Positions 37,256 to 51,165 are shown, counted from the first letter of the stretch. The stretch: DNA of 64,000 bases from Octopus sinensis (GCF_006345805.1 NC_042997.1:105400001-105464000), one strand, 5' to 3'. Notes: generated by a model not told the origin, from the sequence alone. Translations and numbers: made by a program.

Positions 37256-37693
37256 CCTGTGCAGAAAGGCAGTTCGCGTCGAAATCAGTCGCTTTAGGTT
37301 CCGATTCCAATGCAAAGTGTATTCTCTATCAAGCCTCTCTCCACTAAATGGAAATTTGATAGTGAGAAACAGTGGGAAGAGACTGTTCTTCTATTTGGTT
37401 GCAGACTTGATACACCGTGATTTGTAATATTAACCAGCTTGGATACCTTGAAAACATAAGGATTATAACGCCATCATTTCGATAATTTTTTCTTAGTCAC
37501 ATCAAAACCGCTATGAACAACATAGCCTTCGACTTTCCACTTCTGATAAACGTTTGGAAGTTATATGAATAACACAGATACTGTTTTTTAAATTTATGCC
37601 TTTATTGCTTAAATGTTCTCAGTCGTATTTCCAGCATACGACATAAGCTTTTTTGTATATTAAGATAACACACATACACACAAATATATACAT

Positions 37694-37831
<138 letters not shown>

Positions 37832-37958
37832 ATGTGTGCTTGCTAGTGTATTAGATATAATGTTGTATATATTACTAATGCTGTGGGATGTTATAAATAT
37901 ATATACGCATGTGTGCAGGTGTGTATGGATTTACGTATGTGTATGTCTATGTTTATGT

Positions 37959-38011
<53 letters not shown>

Positions 38012-39057
38012 CACATACATATACATTCATAAATGAATGCCCACATGTAAACATGCGTACAAGCATAACACAAATTCATGTATGTATGTGTGTGTGTGTG
38101 TGTGTGTGTCTGTCTGTCTGTCTCTCTCTCCCTGTGTGTGTGTGTGTGTGTGTGGTGTGTGTGTGTGTGCGTGTGTATGTGTGTGTGTGTACACTCATAT
38201 ATATATACATCTGCACACGGAAATATATTTACAATAATATAGCGGAAATGAATATTTGCAACTCAGTTAAGATATATTTTAAATTAAACATGAATTTATC
38301 ACGAAATACTAAATAAACATTCCAGTGAAAAGAAAAAGAAAACAGGAAGGAAAAATATACATATTTTAGTAGTAGTAAGTATAATTAACATGACACGATA
38401 TTACAAATGGTGTTCGAAGAATGTAAAGTCTGCTATCTCACAAATTTAAAATGATTTTCATATGTGCCGCAGACCTTCACTAATTTTGCCTGGGGATATT
38501 TGGTTGAGTATTTAAATGCGCCCAGGAGAACAAAAAATAACAGAAAATATTTGAACGAATCCCATGACGAAAACTTTTCCGCCATATTAGATTCATTCTA
38601 TCTTAACTATTTTTAATTTGCGGTTCTAATCGGATATCTAGCCAAAAATATGAAGCAAAAGAAACAAAGAGCGGTATGAGTGTGAAAGAGCAGCATAGTA
38701 ACTGGTGGATGTTTGGTTCGCTTTCAACATTGTTATTTCTGGACATCGCATCTACATATTTACATGAACTTTCTAAGAACAGGTTATATGAAGCAGTATT
38801 GTTTGTTTTAAATATCAACATAGCCGAGTTACAAACCGAAATAAAGGTATAAAGAGGAAGAAAGGAAATAAATCATCTTTGTCTTTCTCTTTTTTTATCT
38901 CACAATTTGCATTCATGCACATATTGTTTATTCACGTATATACCTGGATACATACAAACGTACTTACAGCCAACCATCAGTCATGCACCATAATATATAA
39001 ATTTGATAGGCAAGATACTGAAGTGTTCATGTGAGATAAAAGCTCATAGACCTCCTG

Positions 39058-39096
<39 letters not shown>

Positions 39097-39281
39097 CTCG
39101 GAGGGTGAAAAAAAATCTCCCTGCAGCGCAGCGAGGAAGTGAGATGCATTTCGGCCTTCTACACATAGTCAACGTCACACGCGCGGCGCGCACACATATT
39201 CTAGCACACGTACACATTGTTTATGTGTGTGTGTGTTTATGTGTGTGTGTGTTTGTGTGTGTATGTGTGCGTGCCTCATGT

Positions 39282-39324
<43 letters not shown>

Positions 39325-40141
39325 ATGTATATATGCATATATGTATATACACATACATATATATGTATGTGTGTGCGCGTGTATATATATATATATATAT
39401 ATATAAAGTTATATATACAAGCATATACATATATGTGTGTGAGTGTGTGTGTACTGAGAGAGACAAACAGACTGTCAGTGAAGATATATTCATATATCGA
39501 CAGATACATACTTGCATACGAAAGCACACTCACACACATACATATATACACACATACACACGCACACATACGCGCACATTTTTCATTAAGCCATTAATAC
39601 AATATAAAAATATAAACAGTTGTACATAAATTTAAGTTAATGCGAGAAATTTTAAGGCAATAAAGTAATATTTAACACAGATGTAAAGTAATACGGAAGG
39701 CATCTCAGATTTGTAGCAGGTGATTTCTTATATCTTGAAAAGCAAATCGAAAACAGAAAAATATTCAGGCAACTTAAACAATACAACCGATATACTGACA
39801 AAGATTTTCAACAAACGCATATAAACAGTATTTCGTTCATAAATCTCTCACACATGCAGGCACAATACGCAAGCACATGCAAACACACAAGCAAACATAT
39901 ACACATAAATGCACGCACACATACTCACAAACACACACACACAGACACGCACACAACCACATATATACAGCTATGTATATGTACGTGTGTGTGTGTACAT
40001 ATATGCATATATATATGCGTTGCTGTATATGTATATCTATGTATATATATGCTTGTACGTGTTACCCACACGCGCATATACATGCATACCTATATACATA
40101 GATATTTATACATATACATGTATTTATATATATATGTGTAT

Positions 40142-40196
<55 letters not shown>

Positions 40197-40744
40197 ATAT
40201 ATATATAGACACATATATATATATACATACATATATATACATATATATATATATATGAGTGTATAAAATCAGATAATCTCCAAGTAAGATTTTTCTGGAT
40301 GTTAATTGATTTCAGTTTATCTATAGATTGATTAGCCAATTAAACCTAGTAATGAAATCTTTTGCCAAGATTAGAAATTAGAATAGAAGAAAGCAAGAGC
40401 AAGCCGAAATTAATTTAACGCGTTTTTATCTAAATTGGAGATCCAAAAACCGGTAAATGGTTTAAAATATTAATTGGCACGGATTAGGTGGGTTATTCCA
40501 GAAAAATATTTTATTTTCGATTAATTACGGTAATTTCATTACTGGTTACTTTCATTTTAGTTTATTTTTATATACGTTTTAATTTGCTGACTTGAATGTG
40601 GAATATTTTTTTGTATGTTTTTGTAGTTTATTTTGTTTGCTTTTCTATCTTTGTTCTTTAATATTCTTTGGTGATTTATTGAATAACATATCTGACAAAT
40701 AAAACCTGTACGAATGCTATTTATTAAATGATAATGAACGATAT

Positions 40745-40863
40745 TAATGATGATGGAGATCTTAGTGACGATGACGACGATACAGATGATGACGAATTTA
40801 ACGACAATGATAAGGAGGAAGTCTATTGATGATGATGATGATGATGACGATGCTGATGCTGCT

Positions 40864-40894
<31 letters not shown>

Positions 40895-40900
40895 ATAAGC
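40745..40900 (+). repeat. (GAT)n/(GCT)n trinucleotide tract
   Basis: Direct reading. Confidence 0.85.
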
Positions 40901-41429
40901 ATGTGGTCGAGGAACACTCGTATGACCAGACGCGATTCTCAATCTGATTCTGATTTTGATGAATTTGTCTTCTATTTGACGTCAGAGATATGCTAGTTGG
41001 TTCACTTTGTTTGATTCTGTCAGTCTAAATAATGTTAACAATTCTACCAGTTCGTCGCCTTAATAATAATAATAGTAATAATAATAATTAGAGGTGGTGT
41101 GCAAGAAAATAACCTTTGATGAAGACTTAAACAAAAGTTCACATCAAATTGTGTAAAGAATTTGATGATATACAAAACGACACTAATTTACAAAAAAAAA
41201 ATGCTAGTCTGCGACATAAACTGAATTTTAGCAAATATCAATACGGAATGCAAGGGAAGAATCAACAAACACATGTTCCCTCTTAAATAATTTGCGTCTG
41301 TACCTTTTAAAAGGCACTTTAGAAATTGAAGCATTGTCAAGAATGGATATTTACTAACAACCTTCTTTTGCTAGTTTGACATCTCGAATGAAGGTTTAAT
41401 ATTGCGCTACACATCTCATGAGAACATGT

Positions 41430-42410
41430 AACTGAACAGAATCTGGAGAAACACGGTATTTGTTTTTGTTGTGATGTTGAAGGTTTCCTACGTGAGATGG
41501 GGTGCGGCTATAATCCTGAAAAATAGAGACGCTTCATAGAATCCAGCAAAGCAATCCTAAAAGCTGTTTTGCTGCATAGTGGCAATCAAAAATCTTCAAT
41601 ACCACTAGCACATGCTGCAAGATTAAAGGAAACTTATGAATCAATGGATAAAATTTTGCACTTGATTAAATATTCTGAGAACAAGTGAAATATATGCGGG
41701 AACTTGAAAGTTATTGGTTTGCTTCTTGGGTTAGAAATTGTGTATACAAAGCATCAGTGCTTTTTGTGCCTTTAGAACAGCAGAGATGACAAGCATCACT
41801 TTGCTAAAAAAATGTGTGGCCAAGGAGAAATGATTTCACGCCAGGGAAATACAACGTTAAATATAACCCTTTCGTTGATCCTCAGAAAATTTTACTTCCT
41901 CCTTTACACATCAGACTTCGCTTGTTTAAGAATTTTATTGAGGTCATGAATGAAGACGGTGAAGGATTCAAATATTTCATTGAAAAATTTGTTTCTAGCA
42001 AGTCTGAAGCTAAGATCAAAACTGGTGTTTTTAATGGACCAGAAATTTGCACACTAATTTGTGATGAGCTTTTTCAAGAAAAATTAAACCCAGTAGAGAA
42101 AATTGCTTGAGAAATATTTGTTTCTCTTGTAAAACAGTTTTTAGGCAATCGTGTGCATACGTTGTAAATGTGAATGATTTTTTGAAAGTTTATAAGCAAC
42201 TTGGGGCAAGAATGTCTCTAAAAATTCGTTTTTTCCACTCTCATCTTGACTATTTTCCAACTAATATGGGTGATGTAAGCGATGAGTTTAGTGAACGATT
42301 TCATCAAGAAATCAAGGAGCTAGAAAGCGGCTACAGTGGCACACTTAACGAAACATGCTGACGGACTACTGCTGCTTTTTTAAAATGATAAACAGACATG
42401 CAACATAAGT
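41430..42410 (+). mobile_element. Decayed DNA-transposon transposase, Chapaev3-like (CMC group) catalytic region
   Basis: PEK*RRFIESSKAILKAVLLHSGN...ICGNLKVIGLLLG..YTKHQCFLCL*NSRD...ILLPPLHIRL...MSLKIRFFHSHLDYFPTNMGDVSDEFSERFHQEI. The family assignment comes from recalled motifs, not a search. Confidence 0.7.
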
Positions 42411-42461
42411 GTAAAAGAACATGATATTAATAACATTCACTTTACACTTCGTTTTGTGTTT

Positions 42462-42620
42462 TATGGTTTTATTCAACATATTCCCCTCTCAGATTTACAC
42501 ACTTGTTGCAGTGGTCCTTCAGTTTTTCTAAGGCTTGTAAAAGAACTTGAAAGTTTGGGCCTCCAGCTAGGCCATTCGCGATACCTTAAAGCCAGGAACT
42601 TTTTCAGCACCCTCTTCGCA
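42462..42620 (-). mobile_element. Mariner-derived MITE, partial
   Basis: ttattcaacatattcccctctcaga...aaagccaggaactttttcagcacc terminus. Confidence 0.75.
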
Positions 42621-42875
42621 ATGAAAATAGAAAAGAAATTTTGGGTACAACACGTAAATTATAAACGGAACAGTTGAGAGAATTCTAATTCACATACAGT
42701 ACTCTCCTTGTAATGCTAAACAGTTTAACAATTCCACTCGAAATAGATGTTATTGAGGGCAATGTGCAAAGCAATATATATATATATATCACACACACAC
42801 ACATATATATATATATCATATACATAGATATATATATTATTTATATCATATATACACACACACATATATATATAT

Positions 42876-42915
<40 letters not shown>

Positions 42916-43179
42916 CACGCACACACAGTTATGCGCTTATAAATCATTGCCTGTGTTGGTGTAAGTGTATTGTGTGTGTCTACTATTAGTTCTCTCATTG
43001 TTTACATTCATTTATCTCTATTTCCCATGACTATTGCAAATTTGATACACATGTGTGTTGTTGGCACAGATTATTGAGATTACTAACTTATTGTATTATG
43101 TTATTGTTATTGCTTGTCAAGATGGGTATCACACCGGCGTCAAGTGAATTTCAGTATGTGCTCTCCCTATGTGCGTGTG

Positions 43180-43212
<33 letters not shown>

Positions 43213-43744
43213 AGAGAGAAAGAGAGAGAGAGATGTCTGTATATAGTTGTGTGTGTATATATATATGTGTATATATGAGCGTGTATGAGTGCACGTTTGT
43301 GTATCAGTCTGTGCGCATATATCATTAAAAAAAACTGAATTAAATAATAAATGGACTATGGTGTTTATCGAGGCGCATCTCTCTGAAGTGTTCAAATTTC
43401 TCATTTTCTGCTCCTTCCCGTCACTGAATTAATTGCTTGTCAATAAATATTGCTGTCTAACGATACGACTTTTTTTTACGCACAATTCTTTCCTCTGATT
43501 CTTGAAACTATACAGTACTACACGCTTAGTAGAATAATGTGGTATCTAAGAGGATGATGAAAATATTAGTTGTTATTCGAAAATCCTTCTCGTTTTATTA
43601 CATTGTAATTGGTTTCTGTGTTACGCTGACACTTGGATCTTTATCGAAATCTCCAGAGAGAATCAGTTCCACACTCACTTTTAAAAGACTTGGCAATATT
43701 AATTACAGGTAAAGGCGGCGAACTGGTAGAATCGATAGCACGAT

Positions 43745-44480
43745 TGCGACTCTTTCTCATCTTGTATAAGGAATACCGAATGTTTTCATGCATTACCTAT
43801 TTCTTTACTACCCACAAAGTGCTAAGCATAGAGGGGACAAACAAGGACAGACAAACGGATTAAGTCGATTATATCGACCCCAGTGCGTAACTGGTACTTA
43901 ATTTATCGACCCCGAAAAGATGAAAAGCAAAGTCGACCACGGCGGAATTTGAACTCAGAACGTAATGGCAGACGAAATACGGCTACGCATTTCGCCCGGC
44001 GTGCTAACGTTTCTGCCAGCTCGCCGCCTTCTCTTCATGCATTACCTGCCTGATAAGAAACTCAGACACTCCCATGTTCCTGGCGATAGACTTGATTGAC
44101 TTGAAGGTATCGTTATCAATCATGGACTGGATCTCACCAACGAATTCAAGAGTTCTTTCGTTATCAGAAAAATCAGAGTGAGTTTTCCGAGCTGCTATAC
44201 TTTCGTAATCACCATTAGACTCATCCAACTCTTTCTGAATCCTCTGCACGGTCCTCAGATTCACACCCGAACACTCTGAAATTTCGTATTGGAGCTCCCG
44301 GCTCGCATGCCAAGCAGTACAGTATATCGCTTCCAAATTTCTGGCAGAGTAAATTGCGACATGGTGCTGTTTTTCTCAACCTGACCCTACTATAATGTGT
44401 AGTCGTCAAAATCAAAAACAAACAATGCGCATGTGCGTAATTAAAAAAAAATGGCGATAATTTACCCATCGTACCCTGTG
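43745..44480 (-). mobile_element. Tc1/mariner 5' end with transposase N-terminus, split by a SINE
   Basis: Terminus ta-cacagggtacgatggg; translation RTVQRIQKEL...RTLEFVGEIQSMIDND..KSIKSIARNMGVSEFLIRQVMHE, continuing after the SINE as MHENIRYSLYKMRK. Confidence 0.8.
43799..44033 (-). mobile_element. SINE family A, full length, with 14 bp target-site duplication
   Basis: ttcatgcattacct at 43785-43798 and 44034-44047. Confidence 0.9.
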
Positions 44481-44594
44481 TATTCCCGCGCGCTTGATGT
44501 ATTTTTTATGCTCCAATATTAGATTATTCAGTCATTACACGGTGATCGCTTATAAGCTAAAAGCTTATAAGATATTACTAGTATTTACATATAT

Positions 44595-44735
44595 AATTCC
44601 GCCGAGATCGACTTTGTCGTTCATCCTTTCGCGGTCGATAAATTAAATACCAGTTATGTTGCTGAGTTCGATGTAATCGACTTATCTCCTACCCCAAACG
44701 TCAGGCCTTGTGTCTATTGTAGAAAGGATTACTAT
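44595..44735 (+). mobile_element. SINE family A, 3' part
   Basis: aattccgccgag..gtcgataaattaa..ggccttgtgtctattgtagaaaggatt. Confidence 0.8.
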
Positions 44736-44789
44736 TCACACACACACACACACACACACACGCATACATATATATATGTATATATACAT

Positions 44790-44945
44790 GTTTCTCTCCT
44801 TGTTTTTTTCTGTGTATCTTTCTGTCGAAGAGCGTAGGCTCGAAACGTAAAAGACTTTTTCTATTCCTGAGCGCTATACTAATACATTTGTTTGTTTGTA
44901 CACCACCTGCCTTCGTCTTTTGTTTATTTTCGTAAACTTTCCCTT

Positions 44946-44948
<3 letters not shown>
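44790..44948 (+). mobile_element. Short hammerhead-family element with variant core, ending in (TA)n
   Basis: 44817-44854: TCTTT CTGTCGA A GAGC-GTAG-GCTC GAAA CGT A AAAGA. The stems are perfect; core A6 is replaced by U. Confidence 0.65.
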
Positions 44949-44996
<48 letters not shown>

Positions 44997-45001
<5 letters not shown>

Positions 45002-45129
45002 AAGAAGCTTGCTTCGAAATCAAATGGTTCTGGGTTCAGTGCCACTGCGTGGCACCTTGGGAAAGTGTCTTCTACTATACCCTCGGGGCGACCGAAGCCT
45101 TAGACGGAAATTGAAAGAAGCCCATCGTA

Positions 45130-45202
<73 letters not shown>

Positions 45203-45400
45203 TTGGGCGTGTATATCTGTGTTTGTCCACCCTCCATTGCTTCAAACCGATGTTGGTGTGTTTACATCCCCGTAACTTAGCAGTTCGGCAAAAGAGAACC
45301 GACATAATAAGTACTAGGCCTTGAAAGAATAACTCCTGGGGTCGATTTGTTCGATTAAAGGCAGTGCACCTGCATGGCCGCAGTCAAATGGGTGAAGAAT
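44997..45400 (+). mobile_element. SINE family B
   Basis: Family B motifs. Confidence 0.85.
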
Positions 45401-45664
45401 GGAACTGTTACATTGTTTGTATCCGTCATTTTACGATACGGTGTATAATATGGTTTAATAGGTTCCTAACTTCGAAATTGCAATACAGAATTAACCTTTA
45501 TTTTTAAGTTGTGGAGTTTATGTTATGACGCTCGCAGACAGCTTTATTGTGAGGAGATAGAATATGAGTGATAATAGTGGGTTTATAGTGACTTTGGACT
45601 GCTATTTCTAAACATGTAAGGGTTTTTGCAACCCTCTCCGTTATAATGTTGATTTTACTCTTTA

Positions 45665-46070
45665 CCTTCTTTTACTCTTTTAATTGTTTCAGTCATTTGA
45701 TTGCAGCGATGCTGGAGCACCGCCTTTAGTAGAGCAAATCGACCCCAGGACTTATTCTTTGTAAGCCTAGTACTTATTCTATCGGTCTCTTTTGCGAAAC
45801 CGCTAAGTTACAGGGACGTAAACACACCAGCATCGGTTGTCAAGCGATACTGGGGGACAAACACAGGCACACAAACACACACACACACATATATATATAT
45901 ACATATACATATATATGACGGGCTTCTTTCAGTTTCCGTTTATCAATTCCACTCACAAGGCTTTGGTCGGCCCGAGGCTATAGTAGAAGACACTTACCGA
46001 AGGTGCCACGCTCTGGGAGTGAACCCAGAACCATGTGGTTGGTAAGCAAGCTACTTACCATATAGCCATT
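45665..46070 (-). mobile_element. SINE family B, full length
   Basis: Reverse complement of the 962-1360 motifs. Confidence 0.85.
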
Positions 46071-46089
46071 TCATAATTAAAAACACTTT

Positions 46090-46125
<36 letters not shown>

Positions 46126-46129
46126 CACG

Positions 46130-46380
46130 GACTCTTGCATCGAAGACAACGCATGAGCGTTCAGCTTTTGCCGAGTGATCTGCACAAATGATTTGTTTAT
46201 AGTGATCAAATCTATGTGCTGTACATTAGCTCACTCTCTCCATCAAATCGACATGCACCACACCTTACGTTTCAATGCGAGGTGAAGTCTTTTGCTCAAC
46301 AACAAAACGCACCATCCGGTCTAATAACTGAGACCACGTTCTCATGATCGTGAGTTCAACACCCGAACCACTAGGCCACG
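46130..46380 (-). mobile_element. Degenerate tRNA-headed SINE
   Basis: Minus strand gtggcctagtggttcgggtgttgaactcacgatc head, then CORE-like ttgttgagcaaaagactt. Confidence 0.6.
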
Positions 46381-46814
46381 CGTGTATTTGAGCGCACGTG
46401 TCCGTATCTTTGTCTTTTTGTTAGTTCTCAATTTTTCGGCAACCGGTGTTTGTTTGTTTGATTGTGTGTCCATAGCTAAGCGATATAGTAAAGTTACTGA
46501 TAGAGAATAACTAACAAGCTAAAATAGTAGTACACTCAATTTGATCGACTTTACCTTTCAAGATGGGCTGTTAGTATAGCAACAGTTCAATAAAAAATAA
46601 GTCATAGTATAAATTGATAAACGCTATTTCATCTTTCGTGATATCACTACAATCAGATGTATTGTCTTCTTTTAATCTAACTATGGAGATAGTTACAGTC
46701 GAGGAAAGGAATCAACTTCGTGTCACTAATTCCGTTCACAAAAACAGTACCACATCATCGTTTTGAAATAGAGGCCGGTCAGTTACTAAAAGGCAAAAAA
46801 AAAAAATGAGAGAG

Positions 46815-46863
<49 letters not shown>

Positions 46864-47154
46864 TGGAAAGTTTTTCTGTTTTTTCTCTTTTAGTTTTGAA
46901 CGCTTGAAATTTGGAAGATTTGATTTTCTGCGCACACATATAAAGAAAGCAGATTATTCCCCACTACCACCACCAAAAAAGATTTCTATGGATGCACTAT
47001 GCGAAACGAAGTGGTAGAGTTGCACTACCACTATATAACACAAAATGCGTCACAAAGGGAATCGAAATAATGTATAATTACTTGAAAAAGATAGATTGTA
47101 AGCAAAATAGCGATAAACGGTATTGAATAAGAGGAGAAAATGAGAAGTTAGTGA

Positions 47155-47157
47155 CAT

Positions 47158-47212
<55 letters not shown>

Positions 47213-47227
47213 GGTGGTAGTAGTAGT

Positions 47228-47259
<32 letters not shown>

Positions 47260-47290
47260 AGAGTAGTAGTAGTTGTGGTGGTGGTTGTTC
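47155..47290 (+). repeat. (TAG)n/(TGG)n microsatellite
   Basis: Direct reading. Confidence 0.9.
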
Positions 47291-48202
47291 TGAAGGAGGT
47301 TATGTCAGTGGTGCTGTAGTTCACGTTGTGAGAGAGTGAATGTAGAGAGAGTGAATGTAGAAAAGCAGAAGGAAATTTTCGAGAGAATTTTTTAGTTTGG
47401 GGAATCGAGGAAGATATCGAGTCAGTGATGCAAGGGGAATGGACTGGAATTGGAAAAAAAAAAAAAGAAAAAAAAAACGAAAGAAAGAAAGAAACAGAAG
47501 GTGGAGCAGATGGAAGAAGAGAAAGAGAGAGATGATGGTTCGCTAAGAAGCGTGTGGGACACTGAAATGATATATGTCAAACGAGATGAAATACATGAGA
47601 TGAAGGGGAAAACGTAAAACTAAAGAAACAAATAATAATGAGAGAAAAACTATGGCAAAGCGGAGAAAATCAGGAAAATGGCGTCTTGAGGTTTCTGGTT
47701 TTGAGAGAATGTTTCGAAAAGGTGTAACAAAAGACGAACATGAGGAAAATACAATATGTGATAAGAGAATTGGTAAGTGTATATAATAGGCAGCTAAGAT
47801 GGAAATTGTAGATAGAAGGAGAAATATGCAAAGCATTAAGACAACAAACAAGTCACCCTAATGTGTTGGGTGGTTATACAACATGAATGAAGAGCAGGAG
47901 GATACGTAAAGAAAGGAAGAAAAAAGAATTGAGGGGAAGAACAAAGGGAAAAGAGAGAATGATGAATGGTAGTGACAGGAAAAGAGAAAGAGAGAGAAAC
48001 AGAGTGAGAGAGAGTGTGTGTGTGTGTGTTTAAAAGAGAAAGAAAGATTTATTGAATGAAGATAGTATTACGTTGACAGAAAATATTGTTTAGTTGCCAA
48101 TGAAGAAATAGAAAAGAAAATATAGAGGAAGCTTCGATGAAGAAAGTGATATGATAATATGAAATAAACTTATGTCATTTTTGTGATAATATTAACTGTT
48201 TC

Positions 48203-48420
48203 AAAGGCGGCGATCTGGCAGGATCGTTAGCACACCGGGCAAAATACTTAGCGGCATTTTGACCGTCTTTACGTAGTGAGTTCAAACTCCGCCGAGGTCG
48301 ACAATCCCTTCCATCCCTTTAAGTGTTGATAAAATAAGTACCAGTTGAACACTGGTTGTCGATGTATCGATTTAACACCTTTCCTAAAATTGCTGGCCTT
48401 GTGCCAAACTTTGAAAACAG
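48203..48420 (+). mobile_element. SINE family A
   Basis: aaggcggcgatctggcagga head, gagttcaaactccgccgaggtcgac. Confidence 0.8.
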
Positions 48421-49019
48421 TAGAAATTGCTTCTGAATTTTAAACAAGGTGACACATTTCGATGTAAATCTAGGTTTATATGTATGTCTTTTATTTTGTT
48501 CTTGTTTCACTCATTAGTCAGCATCCATGCTGGGGCATTAGCAGATAGCTTCTCCCACCCCGTATTCAATTCACACACACACAAACACACGCACGCACAC
48601 ACACACACACCAACTGGCGAGGTTGATGTCGTAGGTTTCACCTACAAAAAAGAAATAAACAAGTTGGGGAGGTTTGGGAGGCAAAGTGCTGTAAGATGTA
48701 ACGCAGGGTATAATTGTTAGTGCGGGCACGGGGCTGGGAGTTGAATGCAATAAGAATGACGAGAGATGGAGAGATTAGTGCAATGGGTGTTTGAGTAGAA
48801 GAGGCTTATGCTCAGTTAGATACTTGGAACATTATTCTAAAGACATGCTCCAGCCGAGTTCGCTTCATGTCCAACCTTCCTTTAACATACAACATGAACC
48901 TCAAAGAAGACTATATGTAGTCGATATATCTTCTAGAAATAGAAATCAAAACCCTTCAAATCATACATTAGTCTTAAAACACAATGGGTAATATGATCAC
49001 ATATATATATGATCGTATT

Positions 49020-49151
49020 ACCAAGCAGCTTGCTTACCAACCTCATTGCTCTGGGTTCACTCCCACCGCATGGCACCTTCGGCTAGTGTCTTCTTCTGTA
49101 ACCTCGGACCTTGTGAATGGATTTTGTAGATGGATATATCTGTGTGTGTAA

Positions 49152-49184
<33 letters not shown>

Positions 49185-49375
49185 TGTACTGGCTCCCCCA
49201 CCATCGGTTGACAACAGATGGTGGTGTGTTTACGTCCCCGTAATCTAGCAGTTCGGCAAAAGACACCGATACAATAAGTACTAGGCTTACAAAGAATGAG
49301 CACTGAGGTCAGTTGGTTCGACTAAAGGCGGTGCTCCAGCTTGGCCGCAGTCAAAATGACTGAAACAAATAAAAA

Positions 49376-49414
<39 letters not shown>

Positions 49415-49547
49415 TGCAGGCGTGGCTGTGTGGAATGAACCTGGCACCTCAATGTTCTAGATTCAGTCCCACTTTGTGACACCTTGAACAAGTGTCTTCT
49501 ACTATAGCATGATAGTTTGATAGACAGAAACTGAAAGAAGCCTGTGG

Positions 49548-49590
<43 letters not shown>

Positions 49591-49718
49591 GTTCGACAAA
49601 AGAGACGATAGAATAAGTTCTAGGCTTACAAAGTGCTGGGATAGCTTTGTCCGACAAAAAAGAAATTGGGATGGTGCTCCACCCTGGCCGCAGTCAATTG
49701 ACTGAAACAAGTAAAAGA
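49020..49718 (+). mobile_element. Two tandem degenerate SINE family B copies (49020-49378, 49411-49718)
   Basis: Each has head/CORE-like and gtcaa.tgactgaaacaa 3' motifs. Confidence 0.75.
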
Positions 49719-51129
49719 ATATATATATGTTCGCAAGTGTGTTGATTGCAGGCCTTTGTTTCTTAATCATGACTGTAGGTAAACAAAAAACAGGCTAGTT
49801 TGTCGGGAATAAGTAATAACAAGTGAACTGTCGCTGCGCATTCCATTCTTTAAATCAAGATATATATATTTCCAAAGCAAGGCGGATGGCTGGAGTAGCC
49901 AGAGAAATAGACCCGTCAATCATGTCTACTCACTCGCTGGACTAACTACATTATAATCTAGCCTGCCTCAGTTACAGTCGACTTGGGCAAAACAATAAAA
50001 ACAAAAACATCAACATCTTAAAAAATCAATGTTCATTGTCGTTCATCCTCATCAACATCATCATTAGCATCATCACCACGACGACCACCACCAACAACAA
50101 TAGGCTCAAAAGTCACAAGAGCACACACATACACACACACATATACACATATATTCATGCACACATGAAAGAAAAAAGTATGCGTAGGACAAAAGGAAAT
50201 AGAGACCTTTTAAAGGAAGAACTATCAAATATTTGGAGAGAAAACTTCACAAATTAGGAAACTCACATGGCATACTCTATTATGAGAATTGTATGAATGT
50301 GCAATAATGAACAAATGAAACAAACTTTTAACAAATTCATGCAGCCGAACACAAAAGAAATGATGGAATTGCTACAGATCAATCGAAAATGCATTATACT
50401 TTACAAAAGAAGAGATCAAAACTGTATCAGAAATGTATTCATAAAACAGCTACATGAATCACAGCAACATTTATCATGAACGTTTACAGCAATTCTTTAG
50501 TCAAATGACTGCTGTAAAACATTGCTATATACTTTGAAGCATGCCTAGATTTCAAATGTTGGATAACAGTTATTTTAGCAAACGAACAATTTCTACAATT
50601 GACAACGTTCTGTATTCAATAGAATATCTCAGAGAAAATAACATTTAAATTCGGAAGAAAGCGGTAAAAATCCAACACGTAACAATGAAATCTGTGATAA
50701 TGCACCAAGATTCAGCATTATCAAATAAATAGTTTTATTGAACACCAATACCAAGTTCCATTATAAACGTCATTTTCCGAGAGAAAATAAAAAATAAAAA
50801 TCTCATAAATATATACATATAAAAAAATGATAGCATATACATCAAAGTTTCTTACTGGATTCTCAGAAAGCAATAAACTCATGATATAAGTAACTAAGAT
50901 ATTACGACTACATAATGATTTTTCGCTGAATCCTTTGAATACAAGAAATACAAGGTTTTCGCCAGATTAGTATTTCATTTCAACATAGAATATAAGGAAC
51001 GTTCTCTATTCATTGAAAACGGAAATATGCAGGCATTACATATATACGAACGAGCTGGCGTAACCACATATCAGTAGATCAACAAATATGAATTTATGTA
51101 TACGTGTGTGCGTGCATACACACATACAT

Positions 51130-51165
<36 letters not shown>

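Noticed and set aside
40745-40947. Asp/Ala-rich ORF as an acidic protein
   Set aside because: It is a trinucleotide repeat. It might be an expanded linker of the downstream transposase, but I could not establish continuity.
47543-47851. 102 aa hydrophobic minus-strand ORF as a membrane protein
   Set aside because: It is the antisense reading of a purine-rich low-complexity tract.
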